This document shows positions 7,550 through 17,355 of a DNA stretch of 26,322 nucleotides, piece after piece. Positions within the stretch are counted from its first letter, which is position 1. The number at the start of each line of letters is the position of its first letter. Below the pieces are notes generated by a model. The model worked only from the letters and a program-made list of their open reading frames with translations, was not told where the DNA came from and did no database searches. The position numbers and the translations under genes are program-made. Source of the stretch: a virus (lineage: Duplodnaviria > Heunggongvirae > Uroviricota > Caudoviricetes); IMG/VR virus record IMGVR_UViG_3300045988_013119, positions 1 to 26,322 of that record; one strand, given 5' to 3'.

Positions 7550-10059
7550 TGCGGAATATCTCCGGAGAATCTCTGACGCTTCTGTGTCAGATCAAGAACA
7601 ACAGGAGAACCATCATCTTTCAGCAGATAACCAGTACCAAGTTTCACCAGGTACTGACTATCGCCGTAACTTTGCAAACCATACTGACCAGGCGGTGTTT
7701 TTATCCCGGTGCCGACAACTTGTTCATTCCAAGCCTGATTAACCTGCTTATCGAATTGCTCTGCAGACATTCCCCACGGCAAAAGGACATTCCCCATTCC
7801 GTTATAGTCATGCACGCCACCTGTAGCTACGTTAACAGCCTGTTTCCAGATATCAGTGTCAATTTCGCCTGATATCACGCCTTTTTTCGCCATCACACCA
7901 GCGTAATAGTCCTTTGCGATCTCGTATGCCATTGATGCCCCCTGAGCATCACCAGCAAATGCATCCTTCACCATGTCAGAAAACTCAAGGCGAAGATCAG
8001 CATCTTTAGGCATCGGAATACCTTTCGCATCATCAGTACCTTTACGAGCCGCCGCGCCAGCAAGAATTGTCTGCGCAGCGGTTTCAGGAGACACGGAAAC
8101 ATCCGGATTAAACCAGTTTTTTTCTGCCAAAATACCACCAGGCTTGTCCATCAGTATCCCGGCAACGGCAGCAGATGGAGCGTTGGCACTGATCTGCTGT
8201 AGTGCTGACATATACACCTGCCCACCACCAGTGCTCTGCCTGATGGTATCGAGATATGCTGCCTGTTGAGAAACTGGAGCATCACGAAAGAAAACACCGA
8301 TCTGATTGGCCTCGTCTTTGGAAAAGAACGTCAGTGGAGTGCCATATGACTTAGCAAGGTCACTGACCTGAGCGGCACGCAAGGCAACGCTATGTCCAAA
8401 GTTATCCTTATTGCTCATGTCGATAGGCTTTGCCTGTCCGGAGGCAAGAGAGAACTGCACAGGATCCGACTGCCGCTGCTTTATCACCTGATTTGCAGCC
8501 GAAACAACGTTGTCATAAAGAGCTGCGCGAGACGCATAACCCTCCCCTGTCTCACCAGTATCCGGGCGTAATTGCTCAACATATGCTGTAATGCTGCTTG
8601 TCGGCATGTTGCGGAAAGAGCCTATATACTGTCCGGCGATCTGCGTATTCTTAAACTCGGTATATCGCAGGTTTCCTTCTCTGACTCCATAAGCTGCAAT
8701 AAAATCATCCTCACCAGGTGGGTTAGGAAATTCAACGCCACGCATATACGCAGCTGTCGCATCGCGAACCTGGCTGTCAATCATCGTTTTATATTCATCC
8801 TGCTGCTGCCGACGCAGTTGATCCGCCTGTCGCATAAAACTTGCCTGCGCCTCAGAAGATGCCGCATCGAATGCTGCATTACCGGTATAGCGTTTGGTGT
8901 TGGTTGGAATTGTTGATAAACCAAGTGCTGCACTGACACCAGCAGTTAACTGCTGATCACTGTATGGCTGGCTACCGTTCTCATGATGGATAATGGCTGC
9001 ACAAAGCGCCTTCAGGGTATCAGGATTTGATGCATCGAGAGGCTCATCAGCAGAAACGCCAAGTTGTTCGCACACTGCTTTGATATACGACATAGTGTCA
9101 TTTTTATCAGTGGGCGGTGCCCAGCGATTAATTATCTCGCTGACGGTATCAATACCCTGCCTATGATACGACATCAGGTTCCGCCCTAATGCACGAATCC
9201 CGTGTTCAGGTGTTTCGAATTTAGCAAATCGACCATCATCACCGGTCTGGCCTACCCACGGATTAGTTTTGCTGTATTCGAGATTTCCTGGGTTATTGTT
9301 GCGTATGCCACGGGCACGATCGGAAGAGTCACTATCGGCTACAGCACGGCGAGCTCCAGCAGCAGTATCACTTAACTCGCCATTACTTTGGATGAATGCG
9401 GTCGCATTGTTTGCCGACCACTGGGACAATGCGGCATCAGCAACCTTCTCTTTAAACTCGATTTTCTTGGCCTGGATTTGCTCGTCGCTCCAGCCATGCG
9501 CAATGCCGTAATCCTCAATTTGCTGGAAAGTTTGCTTATTAGCCAATACGTATGCGGCGTTGTCGCCATACAATGCTGCGGCATTTTTACCATTGTTCAG
9601 CAGCGTAGCCTGAAACTGACCTTCTTCGTAGGCATTTATTTGCCCTATCTCGTGCCGCCCGGCCTGCGTAGTGAACTGAATACGCTGCTGCTGCGCCTGC
9701 TGCATGAAAGCATTACGAGCCTGTTCATCCGGCAGCGACATAGCCAGTTGTTCGACCTGAGCATCAAACTGCTGCGTATACTCCTGACCTTTTCCAATAG
9801 CATTTTTCCCTTTCAGGTTAAGCAAACCTGTTTCAGGGTTATTCAGCAGATCGCTGCTTATCTGGCTTAAGCTAAGAGAAGCATCCTGAGCCATAGCAAC
9901 ATTCGCGCGCTGTTTTGCCTGCGCAATAATACCTGCATATTGCTCTGCAACATCGCCAAGTACATCACCGACATTTGGTGTCTGAAACGATGAGAATCCC
10001 TGCGTCGAAATCCCTCTGCTCTGAACCTGACGGCCCGATGTTGTTGGTACAACTGGCAT
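7546..10059 (-). CDS. Large internal virion protein, 837 aa, with a conserved-looking central domain (GIRNNNPGNLEYS...INRWAPP)
   Basis: AAGGGGA RBS upstream. Its size and position fit a virion protein; the central motif looks like a conserved enzymatic or structural domain, but I cannot name it from memory. Confidence 0.8.
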   Translation of the reverse strand: MPVVPTTSGRQVQSRGISTQGFSSFQTPNVGDVLGDVAEQYAGIIAQAKQRANVAMAQDASLSLSQISSDLLNNPETGLLNLKGKNAIGKGQEYTQQFDAQVEQLAMSLPDEQARNAFMQQAQQQRIQFTTQAGRHEIGQINAYEEGQFQATLLNNGKNAAALYGDNAAYVLANKQTFQQIEDYGIAHGWSDEQIQAKKIEFKEKVADAALSQWSANNATAFIQSNGELSDTAAGARRAVADSDSSDRARGIRNNNPGNLEYSKTNPWVGQTGDDGRFAKFETPEHGIRALGRNLMSYHRQGIDTVSEIINRWAPPTDKNDTMSYIKAVCEQLGVSADEPLDASNPDTLKALCAAIIHHENGSQPYSDQQLTAGVSAALGLSTIPTNTKRYTGNAAFDAASSEAQASFMRQADQLRRQQQDEYKTMIDSQVRDATAAYMRGVEFPNPPGEDDFIAAYGVREGNLRYTEFKNTQIAGQYIGSFRNMPTSSITAYVEQLRPDTGETGEGYASRAALYDNVVSAANQVIKQRQSDPVQFSLASGQAKPIDMSNKDNFGHSVALRAAQVSDLAKSYGTPLTFFSKDEANQIGVFFRDAPVSQQAAYLDTIRQSTGGGQVYMSALQQISANAPSAAVAGILMDKPGGILAEKNWFNPDVSVSPETAAQTILAGAAARKGTDDAKGIPMPKDADLRLEFSDMVKDAFAGDAQGASMAYEIAKDYYAGVMAKKGVISGEIDTDIWKQAVNVATGGVHDYNGMGNVLLPWGMSAEQFDKQVNQAWNEQVVGTGIKTPPGQYGLQSYGDSQYLVKLGTGYLLKDDGSPVVLDLTQKRQRFSGDIPQ

Positions 10060-10071
10060 CTTATTATCCCC

Positions 10072-10611
10072 TTATCGACCGGTTGGAGTGCCAACAGCAG
10101 CAGAAATCGGCGCAGCCTTCTGAGAGAACGGGCTCCACGTTCCGCCGCCCATCTGGTATGCACCGTATGCTTTTAGTGGTGCCGTTAACAAAGTGCTGGT
10201 CATCGATGATTTAGCAGCCGACTGAGCAGCAGCCCCCTGTGCCTGAGCATTCATTCCCTGAACCTGATACCCATATGCCTCACGCTGAGCATTATTCACT
10301 GTCGTTAACGCATCAAGAGTGCCGAACTGAGCATTATCCGCAAAAACGTCAAGAGCTGTTCCGCTACTTAATTCCGCACCGGTAGCCCCCATAGTGGCCG
10401 CCGCAGTGCCTGAGCGTTGACGCATTTCACGACGACGCTGATCCGCTTCAATATTCCCACGATTGATTGAATCCTGTGCCTGAACTTCAGCAATTTCAGC
10501 ATTCCGATCAGCTATGGCTGACTGGTATTTTGCCTGCTTGCTCTGGCTGTACATTGACGCGGCTGTGGATGCCACTGTGACGGCAACCAAAGCGATGGCT
10601 GGGTTACACAT
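10072..10611 (-). CDS. Internal virion protein with N-terminal transmembrane helix, 179 aa
   Basis: Hydrophobic N-terminus (PAIALVAVTVASTAASMY) followed by an Ala/Gln-rich region. Translationally coupled to the upstream gene. Position matches the T7 gp14 slot. Confidence 0.75.
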   Translation of the reverse strand: MCNPAIALVAVTVASTAASMYSQSKQAKYQSAIADRNAEIAEVQAQDSINRGNIEADQRRREMRQRSGTAAATMGATGAELSSGTALDVFADNAQFGTLDALTTVNNAQREAYGYQVQGMNAQAQGAAAQSAAKSSMTSTLLTAPLKAYGAYQMGGGTWSPFSQKAAPISAAVGTPTGR

Positions 10612-11075
10612 TATTTTCTCTCCATGTGAAATCTGTGGAAATTAAGACCAAGAGCACCATAAGGCGCGGCTTCTTCAAGCCTGAATCCAAGCCAGTGCAG
10701 CCATGCTTTGGCAACATGGTTTCGCTCGTCGACGTAGTTTTCCAGGCGCGGATAAACTGCCAGCATCTGCTGCAATACAGGGCGGCAGTGGCGAAGAAAT
10801 GTCTTCTGATATTTTTCAATACGGCTGGTTCCGACCAGCCATGGCGTACCATTGCCACCGATCATTGACGCCGGAGATACACCAAACATGGTTACCAGTT
10901 CTCCGTTCGCGAACCCTGACCAGGCCATAGTCGCAGTGCGCAGACCAACGCGCAGCGCATCTTCGGTAGTCATCAGCGATACCGCATACAGTTCGTCAAT
11001 ATCAGCCTGACGAACATCCGGCAAAATCATCTGAAGATGCTCTTCGGTAGCGGGAATAATTCGAACATCGATCAT
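10611..11075 (-). CDS. Virion-associated protein, 154 aa, function unknown
   Basis: One-nt overlap with both neighbours in the structural operon. A weak GNAT-like terminal motif (NHVAKAWLHWLGF) is speculative. Confidence 0.7.
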   Translation of the reverse strand: MIDVRIIPATEEHLQMILPDVRQADIDELYAVSLMTTEDALRVGLRTATMAWSGFANGELVTMFGVSPASMIGGNGTPWLVGTSRIEKYQKTFLRHCRPVLQQMLAVYPRLENYVDERNHVAKAWLHWLGFRLEEAAPYGALGLNFHRFHMERK

Positions 11076-13546
11076 CAGAATCCCCCAACAGTAAGGCGAG
11101 GAATAACGGCAAGAACAGACAGTGGCAACGGGTCAAGCTGACGGATTCTTACACGTCCGTTTTTGCCCCAGTTACTGTCCAGTTTCACTTCTACTTTTCC
11201 GGTAGCATCATCAACAGAATCATCGTAGAACTCGAATTCACGCTGTGGATATTCGTACCATTTACCGCCGGGCGTAGTCGCCCAGATGCCGCGACTGGCA
11301 TTCACAACCAGAGTAACGGACGGGATCACCTGTTTTTTGTCCAGCAGCGTTTCCTGTCCGCTAATGTTGATATCCAGTGTTTCGAATTCAGCAGTTATTG
11401 GCAGGCCGATGTGCACAACAGCCCCCGGTGATTCCAGCGTGACGGCACCTCCGGAAACCACTTTCTGTGGTTCCACGTTCGCATCAGAGAGAATGTTTAC
11501 GGTCTGGCCTTCAAGATGAGACATGCCTCCAAATGTCCGGCGCGCCATCTGCCAGTTCGTGGTGGCCGCATTCCTGAGGGATGGCGGGACGTTCCTGTTA
11601 GCACGAACCACTACAGCGGTATTGCTGGTTACAGAAATAATGTCGCAACGTAATTCTTTTGACACTTCATCGCCAGTATCAGGATCAGTTCCGGTATAAG
11701 GGAACTGTAGTTGCGCACCAACATCACTACTGGTGAAGTACGCACCACCAGAAACACTGATTGTATATTCCGCGCGGTAATCCCATTCACCAGAACCACC
11801 AGTGATGGTCATCGTTCTGTCAGACGTATTTCTTCCATCATAGCTAAGGCCAGAATCAACAAAGAAAGCATCTTCATCGCTGGTAAATAAACGGCTGGAC
11901 AGTCTCTCGATGTATCTCACTGTTTGCCCGTTAACGGTTCTGTTAACGACGAAATACACCGCATCTTCATTGCCTTCGCTGATACTGCATGTGCTTTCAT
12001 ATTTTCCGGTACTGGATTGTGGTGCCCATGCAAAAACCTGCTGATCACGCAAATAGGTCATCACCAGTAATTTACCGTCATCACGAATGCAGAAGGCGCT
12101 GGAGTAAGGGACAATCGAGAAGCACCAGTCAACAATGCTGTGCTTCTGAAAAAGATGATTGGCAAGGATGGTCAGGTCGTTCCCCTGATAGCCGTCAACA
12201 TCGAATGAGTAGGCCAGATCACGGACAACACTGCCTTTCTCCTGGACGAACAGAGCAATATTCGCCACGGCAATTGGTGGGACATTGCTCGAGCCATTTG
12301 ATCCCTGAGAGCTGAATGCAAATGATGATGGGGTAAGCACTTTGTTCTGGTCGCCAGTGATGACGTACTCACCTCCGGAAGTCAGCGCCACCAGCGAACC
12401 AACATCAATCAGGTGACGGATCTCATTAACCTGACGCCCGGCATAGGTGTAGATAATTCTGTCGTCATCCTGCGTAGGATTGCTTTTGCCAAAATCCTTA
12501 TAATCCCCGGTACGGCTGGCCCAGATAGTCTGAGGGAACGCAGTCGATGCGGCGAAGTAAAGGCGTTGTTGATAATAAACAACAGTGCCAGGATAACCGT
12601 TAATACTGTTCCAGGCATATTTAGCCCATTTATAGCTGGCATTATCCTCGCCAACTACCTGCGAAGGGATATAGGAAATCACCTCGGCAGTTGCAGTAGT
12701 TCCATTTGCAGCAGAGATACGGGCAATGCCAAAACCACTGTGCAGATACTCCCACTCAATGCCGGTATCATCATCACCGGATCCGCCCCAGCCATCCCAT
12801 GATGTGCCTTCTGTATGCGAAGGGCGCAAAGTGCCTGTTTTGCCTGCTGTAACGGCGCGATAGTAGTTACTGTCTGCACGGCGAATATCGCCAATCGACG
12901 TACTCTTACTGGTTTCCCATACCGGCACAGAATCCACTGCAGGCTGTTCCAGATAGAACAATTTGCCTACCTGCTCCGCGCCAAAAATTGAGGCGCTTGC
13001 CGTTAACGTAATTGTCCCGGTGCTGGCGCTGGCATAAACCGTCACTGACTCGTCAATATTGATATCTTCAAATGGCCCGTTCTTCGTTACCACATCAACC
13101 AGTTGCCAGTTGTCATGCGCATAGCGGCGCAACTCTTTCGGCGGGTATGCCGGATGAACCAGCGTAAGCACGTCTGCGCTTTGCGTGAATTTAATTCGGA
13201 ACAGATCGGCTTCAGTATATGGCGTGGCAATTTCATAAATAACATTGCTGCTGTTCAGCACCAACGCACCATCTTTGATAACGCGCATGTACTGGTGTCC
13301 GAACTCCAGAGCATAAGTCTGAACCGTCGAGAACTGGAACGGGATCAGGCGGCATTTCCGATTTGGGTATTTGGCGGCACCGACAAAACGCGTACCAGGT
13401 CGATTCTCAACGCCGCCATACTGCCGCACGATAAAGTTATCGCACTTGCGCAATGCCACCTGGTACTTCGCCATGTCGATACGACCGTACAACGACGGTC
13501 CAATCTCACCACCGGCAAAGCTGGGCTGGATCCAACTGATAGCCAT
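11075..13546 (-). CDS. Tail tubular protein B-like (nozzle) protein, 823 aa
   Basis: Size and position after the tail-tubular-A-like gene. The N-terminus (MAISWIQPSFAGGEIGPSLYGRID) has the same style as the T7 gp12 N-terminus as I recall it. Confidence 0.65.
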   Translation of the reverse strand: MAISWIQPSFAGGEIGPSLYGRIDMAKYQVALRKCDNFIVRQYGGVENRPGTRFVGAAKYPNRKCRLIPFQFSTVQTYALEFGHQYMRVIKDGALVLNSSNVIYEIATPYTEADLFRIKFTQSADVLTLVHPAYPPKELRRYAHDNWQLVDVVTKNGPFEDINIDESVTVYASASTGTITLTASASIFGAEQVGKLFYLEQPAVDSVPVWETSKSTSIGDIRRADSNYYRAVTAGKTGTLRPSHTEGTSWDGWGGSGDDDTGIEWEYLHSGFGIARISAANGTTATAEVISYIPSQVVGEDNASYKWAKYAWNSINGYPGTVVYYQQRLYFAASTAFPQTIWASRTGDYKDFGKSNPTQDDDRIIYTYAGRQVNEIRHLIDVGSLVALTSGGEYVITGDQNKVLTPSSFAFSSQGSNGSSNVPPIAVANIALFVQEKGSVVRDLAYSFDVDGYQGNDLTILANHLFQKHSIVDWCFSIVPYSSAFCIRDDGKLLVMTYLRDQQVFAWAPQSSTGKYESTCSISEGNEDAVYFVVNRTVNGQTVRYIERLSSRLFTSDEDAFFVDSGLSYDGRNTSDRTMTITGGSGEWDYRAEYTISVSGGAYFTSSDVGAQLQFPYTGTDPDTGDEVSKELRCDIISVTSNTAVVVRANRNVPPSLRNAATTNWQMARRTFGGMSHLEGQTVNILSDANVEPQKVVSGGAVTLESPGAVVHIGLPITAEFETLDINISGQETLLDKKQVIPSVTLVVNASRGIWATTPGGKWYEYPQREFEFYDDSVDDATGKVEVKLDSNWGKNGRVRIRQLDPLPLSVLAVIPRLTVGGF

Positions 13547-14154
13547 CAGGACAACCTCGCAATGGTAAACTCGTCAACCGGTGGCTGTGGTTCCTGTGAT
13601 TCATTCTGGCTATGCGAGCCAGCACTAAGAATCACGCGATTGTACATATTGAGGGCAAACGTACCGAGGTCTGCATTCCCAGTGAGCGCCATGTTAATAG
13701 CTGCCGCAAGACGCCAGGCCAACGCCTCCATAAAAATGGCATCAAACATGTTCACATCTGAAACGCGAGAGACATACTTGAGCCATGCCTGCGGCTGGTC
13801 TGTGTAGATCAACTTTCCTGTTCCGTTGGTGTCTGCACCAACTTCGTACTGAACGCGCATTGCTGCTGTTGGATTGCGTACACCAGGAAGCATAATTTCA
13901 GTAATGCGCAGACAATCGGACGGGTACTGGTACGCATATTCCCAGTCAGGCGGTGGATTGCTCGTATCTGCAAGCGCCACGCGTTTGGTAGCAAAGTTCC
14001 AGTCAAAATCAGAAAGAACAGCATCACGGCAGGCCTCAAAGTGCAGCGAACATTCCCCCGCTTCCTTGCTGGCTTCCGTCAGGCTGTTAATACTGCGGCT
14101 GTTGCCAATATTGGACAGCGCACGATTACAGATCTCTACTACAGAGGCCATCAC
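13546..14154 (-). CDS. Tail tubular protein A-like (adaptor) protein, 202 aa
   Basis: Position between the head genes and the 823-aa gene. Loose N-terminal resemblance to T7 gp11 by memory (ALSNIGNSRSINSL vs ILASIGEPPVSTL). Confidence 0.6.
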   Translation of the reverse strand: MMASVVEICNRALSNIGNSRSINSLTEASKEAGECSLHFEACRDAVLSDFDWNFATKRVALADTSNPPPDWEYAYQYPSDCLRITEIMLPGVRNPTAAMRVQYEVGADTNGTGKLIYTDQPQAWLKYVSRVSDVNMFDAIFMEALAWRLAAAINMALTGNADLGTFALNMYNRVILSAGSHSQNESQEPQPPVDEFTIARLS

Positions 14155-14474
14155 TCACCTCCGTTACCGTACAGAGTTTCAGCCGCTGATTTTTCTACAT
14201 CCCTGGAAACAGGAGCGATCGCCATATCAGTGATCTGCAGATCGGCGCTGCGATTAACACCATCGTCAGTTTCTCTGGCAGACAGGCCTCGAATAACAGC
14301 CTTTGCAGTTATCATCACTTCTGTTCCGACGCCCTGAGGTTGCGCCTTCAGCTTATTCAATGTGTCGTTATTAAGAGTGATGCACAGCTCCCACGGGTAT
14401 TCATCGCGAGTTCTGGTTTCTCCGCTCTCATCCTGGTAGCTGTCAGTGCCGGTTTTGAGGTTTACGAGTTCCAT
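14151..14474 (-). CDS. Small structural protein, 107 aa
   Basis: ATG at 14474 with AGGAG 5 nt upstream; the track's 14480 start is a GTG. Four-nt overlap with the downstream gene. Confidence 0.7.
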   Translation of the reverse strand: MELVNLKTGTDSYQDESGETRTRDEYPWELCITLNNDTLNKLKAQPQGVGTEVMITAKAVIRGLSARETDDGVNRSADLQITDMAIAPVSRDVEKSAAETLYGNGGE

Positions 14475-14485
14475 ATACACTCCTG

Positions 14486-14507
14486 CAATAAAGGGGCCGA
14501 AGCCCCT
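14486..14507 (-). terminator. Intra-operon hairpin with U-tract (AGGGGC-TTCG-GCCCCT then TTTATT on the minus strand), possible attenuator
   Basis: GC-rich 6-bp stem with a 4-nt loop followed by a T-rich tract, between the 111-aa and 107-aa genes. Confidence 0.35.
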
Positions 14508-14524
14508 TGTCGGATTCGCGAGGC

Positions 14525-14860
14525 TTACACGCCCAGTTCTTTACGCTTATCTGCGATCTTCTCTCGGAGCGTTTCGGCTTTAGCGTTATGGTGTGGCTTC
14601 TCGTTAAAGAGCAATTCGTACTCTTCACGGAGCTTATCCAGTTCACCATCATCTGACACATCGTTGATGATTTTGGTGCTGGTTGCTGCCATAGACACCT
14701 TTCCTGCTACCTTTGCTTTTGCCTGTCTGGCTGCATCGTTAACAGGTTCCAGTGCGCTACCAGGCTCACCTTCGTATTCGATTTCTGCCCCCTCCGGCCA
14801 CAGTGTGTTATGGATATGAGAGAGGCGCAGAACGCGGTATCTTGGTTTCTCACCTGACAT
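14525..14860 (-). CDS. Small head/connector-associated protein, 111 aa
   Basis: ATG at 14860 with AAGGTGA RBS; the track's 14869 start is a GTG. Charged protein with a coiled-coil-like C-terminus. Confidence 0.7.
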   Translation of the reverse strand: MSGEKPRYRVLRLSHIHNTLWPEGAEIEYEGEPGSALEPVNDAARQAKAKVAGKVSMAATSTKIINDVSDDGELDKLREEYELLFNEKPHHNAKAETLREKIADKRKELGV

Positions 14861-14870
14861 CGATATCACC

Positions 14871-15308
14871 TTAACCAGTTACTTTTGAGCGGATCGGGTA
14901 CGGCGTATTGGCATCAACATCCAGACTGATACCCGCAGTGAATTTGCCGGCCGTTAGTGGGCCAGTTGCGACGGAGTAGTTAACACGCAGATATCGCTGA
15001 ACACCGGCTGGCACCTTTGCAGAAACAACTCGCTTACCTGCTGTCAGGGTGGCCTTTGCCAACGCACCACTATCATAAATAGTGGTCCAAGAGCTGTTAT
15101 TCTCACTCGTCTGCAACTGGATGTTTACAGTTGCCTCACCACTTGCCGTGGCGGCTTCGTTAACCAGCACCCAAAACTCAAGCGGGTAACCCACACCGAT
15201 ATCGCGACGGTTTCCATCAATTGGACCGAGATCGATTACGTCAGTAGAAGCCGCGGTATTCGTAACCGCCTGAGCTTCGGAGAACATCAACAGTTTGTCG
15301 GTGATCAT
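14871..15308 (-). CDS. Candidate capsid decoration/accessory protein, 145 aa
   Basis: Immediately downstream of the major capsid gene. Composition suggests a beta-rich fold. Preceded by a stem-loop (GTGGGTC-N6-GACCCAC) and GGAG RBS. Confidence 0.7.
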   Translation of the reverse strand: MITDKLLMFSEAQAVTNTAASTDVIDLGPIDGNRRDIGVGYPLEFWVLVNEAATASGEATVNIQLQTSENNSSWTTIYDSGALAKATLTAGKRVVSAKVPAGVQRYLRVNYSVATGPLTAGKFTAGISLDVDANTPYPIRSKVTG

Positions 15309-15359
15309 CTTCTTTCTCCATTAGTGGGTCTGTTACGACCCACAGGTTAATAACAGGCG

Positions 15360-16346
15360 TTACACCACGCGGGCTTCTGTTTCCAGAAGCGCATCAGTTT
15401 CACGGATTGGTACACCACGGAATGACGTCCACCACTCGCCTTCAGTCTCTTTTACGCTAATCGCCAGAGATGTTTTCTCCAGAGACTGCAGATCAAGAGC
15501 CTGGCCTACAGTGCGGTTCATGTAGAACACCGGGCGACCCATGCCACGGTTTGGAATGCGATGCAGTGCTTTAACCATCAACTTCGCAATATTTGCGGCA
15601 GAGGAAGGTTCTGAAAGATTGCTGACATCGATGTTTGCAATGCGAACAACATAACGCCAGTCACGCAGAGCAAGTCCGTTGTCCCATTTGTAATGGGTAC
15701 GGTAGCCTTCGTACTTGCCGCCATTAGCATCTTCCAGTGTCACCTGGCCTTTATCTTCCATCTGAATGCCAGCCTTCTGCCCTTTCGGGAAGATGCCATG
15801 CACGGTGTTTTCGCCCCACACCACTAACCAGATTGAGGTGTTATCTGTGCCCGTGCCACCAGCATCAATGATGTTCTGAGCATTACCTGCAGACAGGCTG
15901 GAATAGCGGGAGGACAGTCCCATAAACTGCTGAGGGTTAACGCTGGAATCACCATAAAACAGCGTCTGCGCCATCTGCTGATTCATCGCTTCAATAAATG
16001 CGCGGTCTTCAGACAGGCGGAATTCGGCGGTATTGCCGTTCAGATCAGCCAGTGACTTATCGACTTCAGCATAGGTTTCCAGCATGCCAACGGAATCGGT
16101 TACCTGCACTGTGGTTGATTTGCTTGGCTGTACGCCATAGTTCAGCAAACGCCAGGTAGCTGAAGGTAAACCAGAACGAATGGTGGTTCGGTGTCCGGTA
16201 GGAAGGTTCCCTTCGACAAAAGGCATATCCTGAAGGATCGGGTTAGTTTGACCGAGAAGCTCGATAATCTTATCGACTTTCCCGTTTGGATCGACGCGCT
16301 TACCCCAGTCAGCCAGCGTTAGCGCAGTTAAGCCTTTAACAGCCAT
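15360..16346 (-). CDS. Major capsid protein (probable HK97-fold), 328 aa
   Basis: Follows the scaffold gene. GAGAGG RBS is correctly spaced for the second ATG (16346) rather than the track's 16352. Size and position are typical. Confidence 0.8.
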   Translation of the reverse strand: MAVKGLTALTLADWGKRVDPNGKVDKIIELLGQTNPILQDMPFVEGNLPTGHRTTIRSGLPSATWRLLNYGVQPSKSTTVQVTDSVGMLETYAEVDKSLADLNGNTAEFRLSEDRAFIEAMNQQMAQTLFYGDSSVNPQQFMGLSSRYSSLSAGNAQNIIDAGGTGTDNTSIWLVVWGENTVHGIFPKGQKAGIQMEDKGQVTLEDANGGKYEGYRTHYKWDNGLALRDWRYVVRIANIDVSNLSEPSSAANIAKLMVKALHRIPNRGMGRPVFYMNRTVGQALDLQSLEKTSLAISVKETEGEWWTSFRGVPIRETDALLETEARVV

Positions 16347-16360
16347 TGTCATTTCCTCTC

Positions 16361-17062
16361 TTATTTGCCATAGAGCACTTCGGCCGCACTACGCTGGCCT
16401 TCATTACCACCGGTGACCATGCCATCTTCAGACATCGCCTTTCCGATTTTCACGAACGTTTTGACCAGGTCAGGGTGATTACCCAGTCCGGTGGTGTTCA
16501 GATATTCTTTGAGTTCAGGTGTCCCGAACTGGTCAAGCGCACGCTGTGCGGCGCTAAGGTTAGAAATCAACTTGTCGCCACCGATTTCTTTGTCAGCTTT
16601 TACATCCGCAGCCCACTGCTCGGTTGTTTTCTGCCAGGCTTCTGCCTGGCGCTGCTGAACACCTGCCAGAATCTTCGGATAAGCATCAACCAGCTTTTGC
16701 GCTTGCTCGTTGGTCAGGTTTAGTTCTCGCGCCACCGGCTCGAATTCCTTCAACGCTTCTGTATCCAGCTCTACGCCTTCGGCAGCCTGAAACTCGTACT
16801 TCTCAGGCGCACCCTCTGGTTTATCGCCGCCCTTTTTTTCATCCTGCTTATCGTTTTCAGGCTTTTTGTCATCAGCAGGTTTATCGCCATCAGAAACAGG
16901 TTGTGGCTTATCACCTTCCTGTTGTGATGGATCACCAACTGGAGCAGGGTTATCATCTGCATGCGCTGACGGTTCTGACGCAGCCGGAGCTGCCCCACCA
17001 TCGACTTGTTGCTCATTGCAAAGACGGCGATACAGCAAACGCTCAAATAAACTCATGATCAC
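16361..17062 (-). CDS. Scaffolding protein, 233 aa
   Basis: Highly acidic, Lys/Asp/Pro-rich low-complexity N-terminal half (DKPQPVSDGDKPADDKKPENDKQDEKKGGDKPEG) and helical C-terminal half, between portal and capsid genes. Confidence 0.7.
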   Translation of the reverse strand: MIMSLFERLLYRRLCNEQQVDGGAAPAASEPSAHADDNPAPVGDPSQQEGDKPQPVSDGDKPADDKKPENDKQDEKKGGDKPEGAPEKYEFQAAEGVELDTEALKEFEPVARELNLTNEQAQKLVDAYPKILAGVQQRQAEAWQKTTEQWAADVKADKEIGGDKLISNLSAAQRALDQFGTPELKEYLNTTGLGNHPDLVKTFVKIGKAMSEDGMVTGGNEGQRSAAEVLYGK

Positions 17063-17355
17063 TCCTGTTCACTGGCCTCTTTGGCCATCTTCAAATACTG
17101 TTCAGGGCAATGCGCCATAACGCGCTGAAACAGTTCCAGCGCCAGATTGCGTTGCCCCTCATTAAATGCCATTGCCATAGCATCCATCGGAGAGATAGCG
17201 GAAAACACCCGGCCTTTCTCCAGCACCGACCAGACAACGCGACGCCCCTGTTCACTGCTCATGACAAAGCGAATGTCATCAATTTCACGCTGTGCCATGT
17301 CACGTTGCTTACGGGCGTTTTCTTCTTTCAGTTGATCGTCTTCGTAATCTGTCAT
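17059..17355 (-). CDS. Small protein between portal and scaffold genes, 98 aa
   Basis: Four-nt overlaps with both neighbours, consistent with translational coupling. Confidence 0.7.
   Translation of the reverse strand: MTDYEDDQLKEENARKQRDMAQREIDDIRFVMSSEQGRRVVWSVLEKGRVFSAISPMDAMAMAFNEGQRNLALELFQRVMAHCPEQYLKMAKEASEQE

Noticed and set aside
13103-13807. 234-aa plus-strand ORF
   Set aside because: Lies entirely antisense within the 823-aa tail-tubular-B-like gene; no RBS and low-complexity translation. Shadow ORF.
17292-17303. One-mismatch copy of the palindrome (GTGCCATGTCAC)
   Set aside because: Inside a coding region with no adjacent terminator; a single-mismatch hit has a reasonable chance of occurring randomly in 26 kb.
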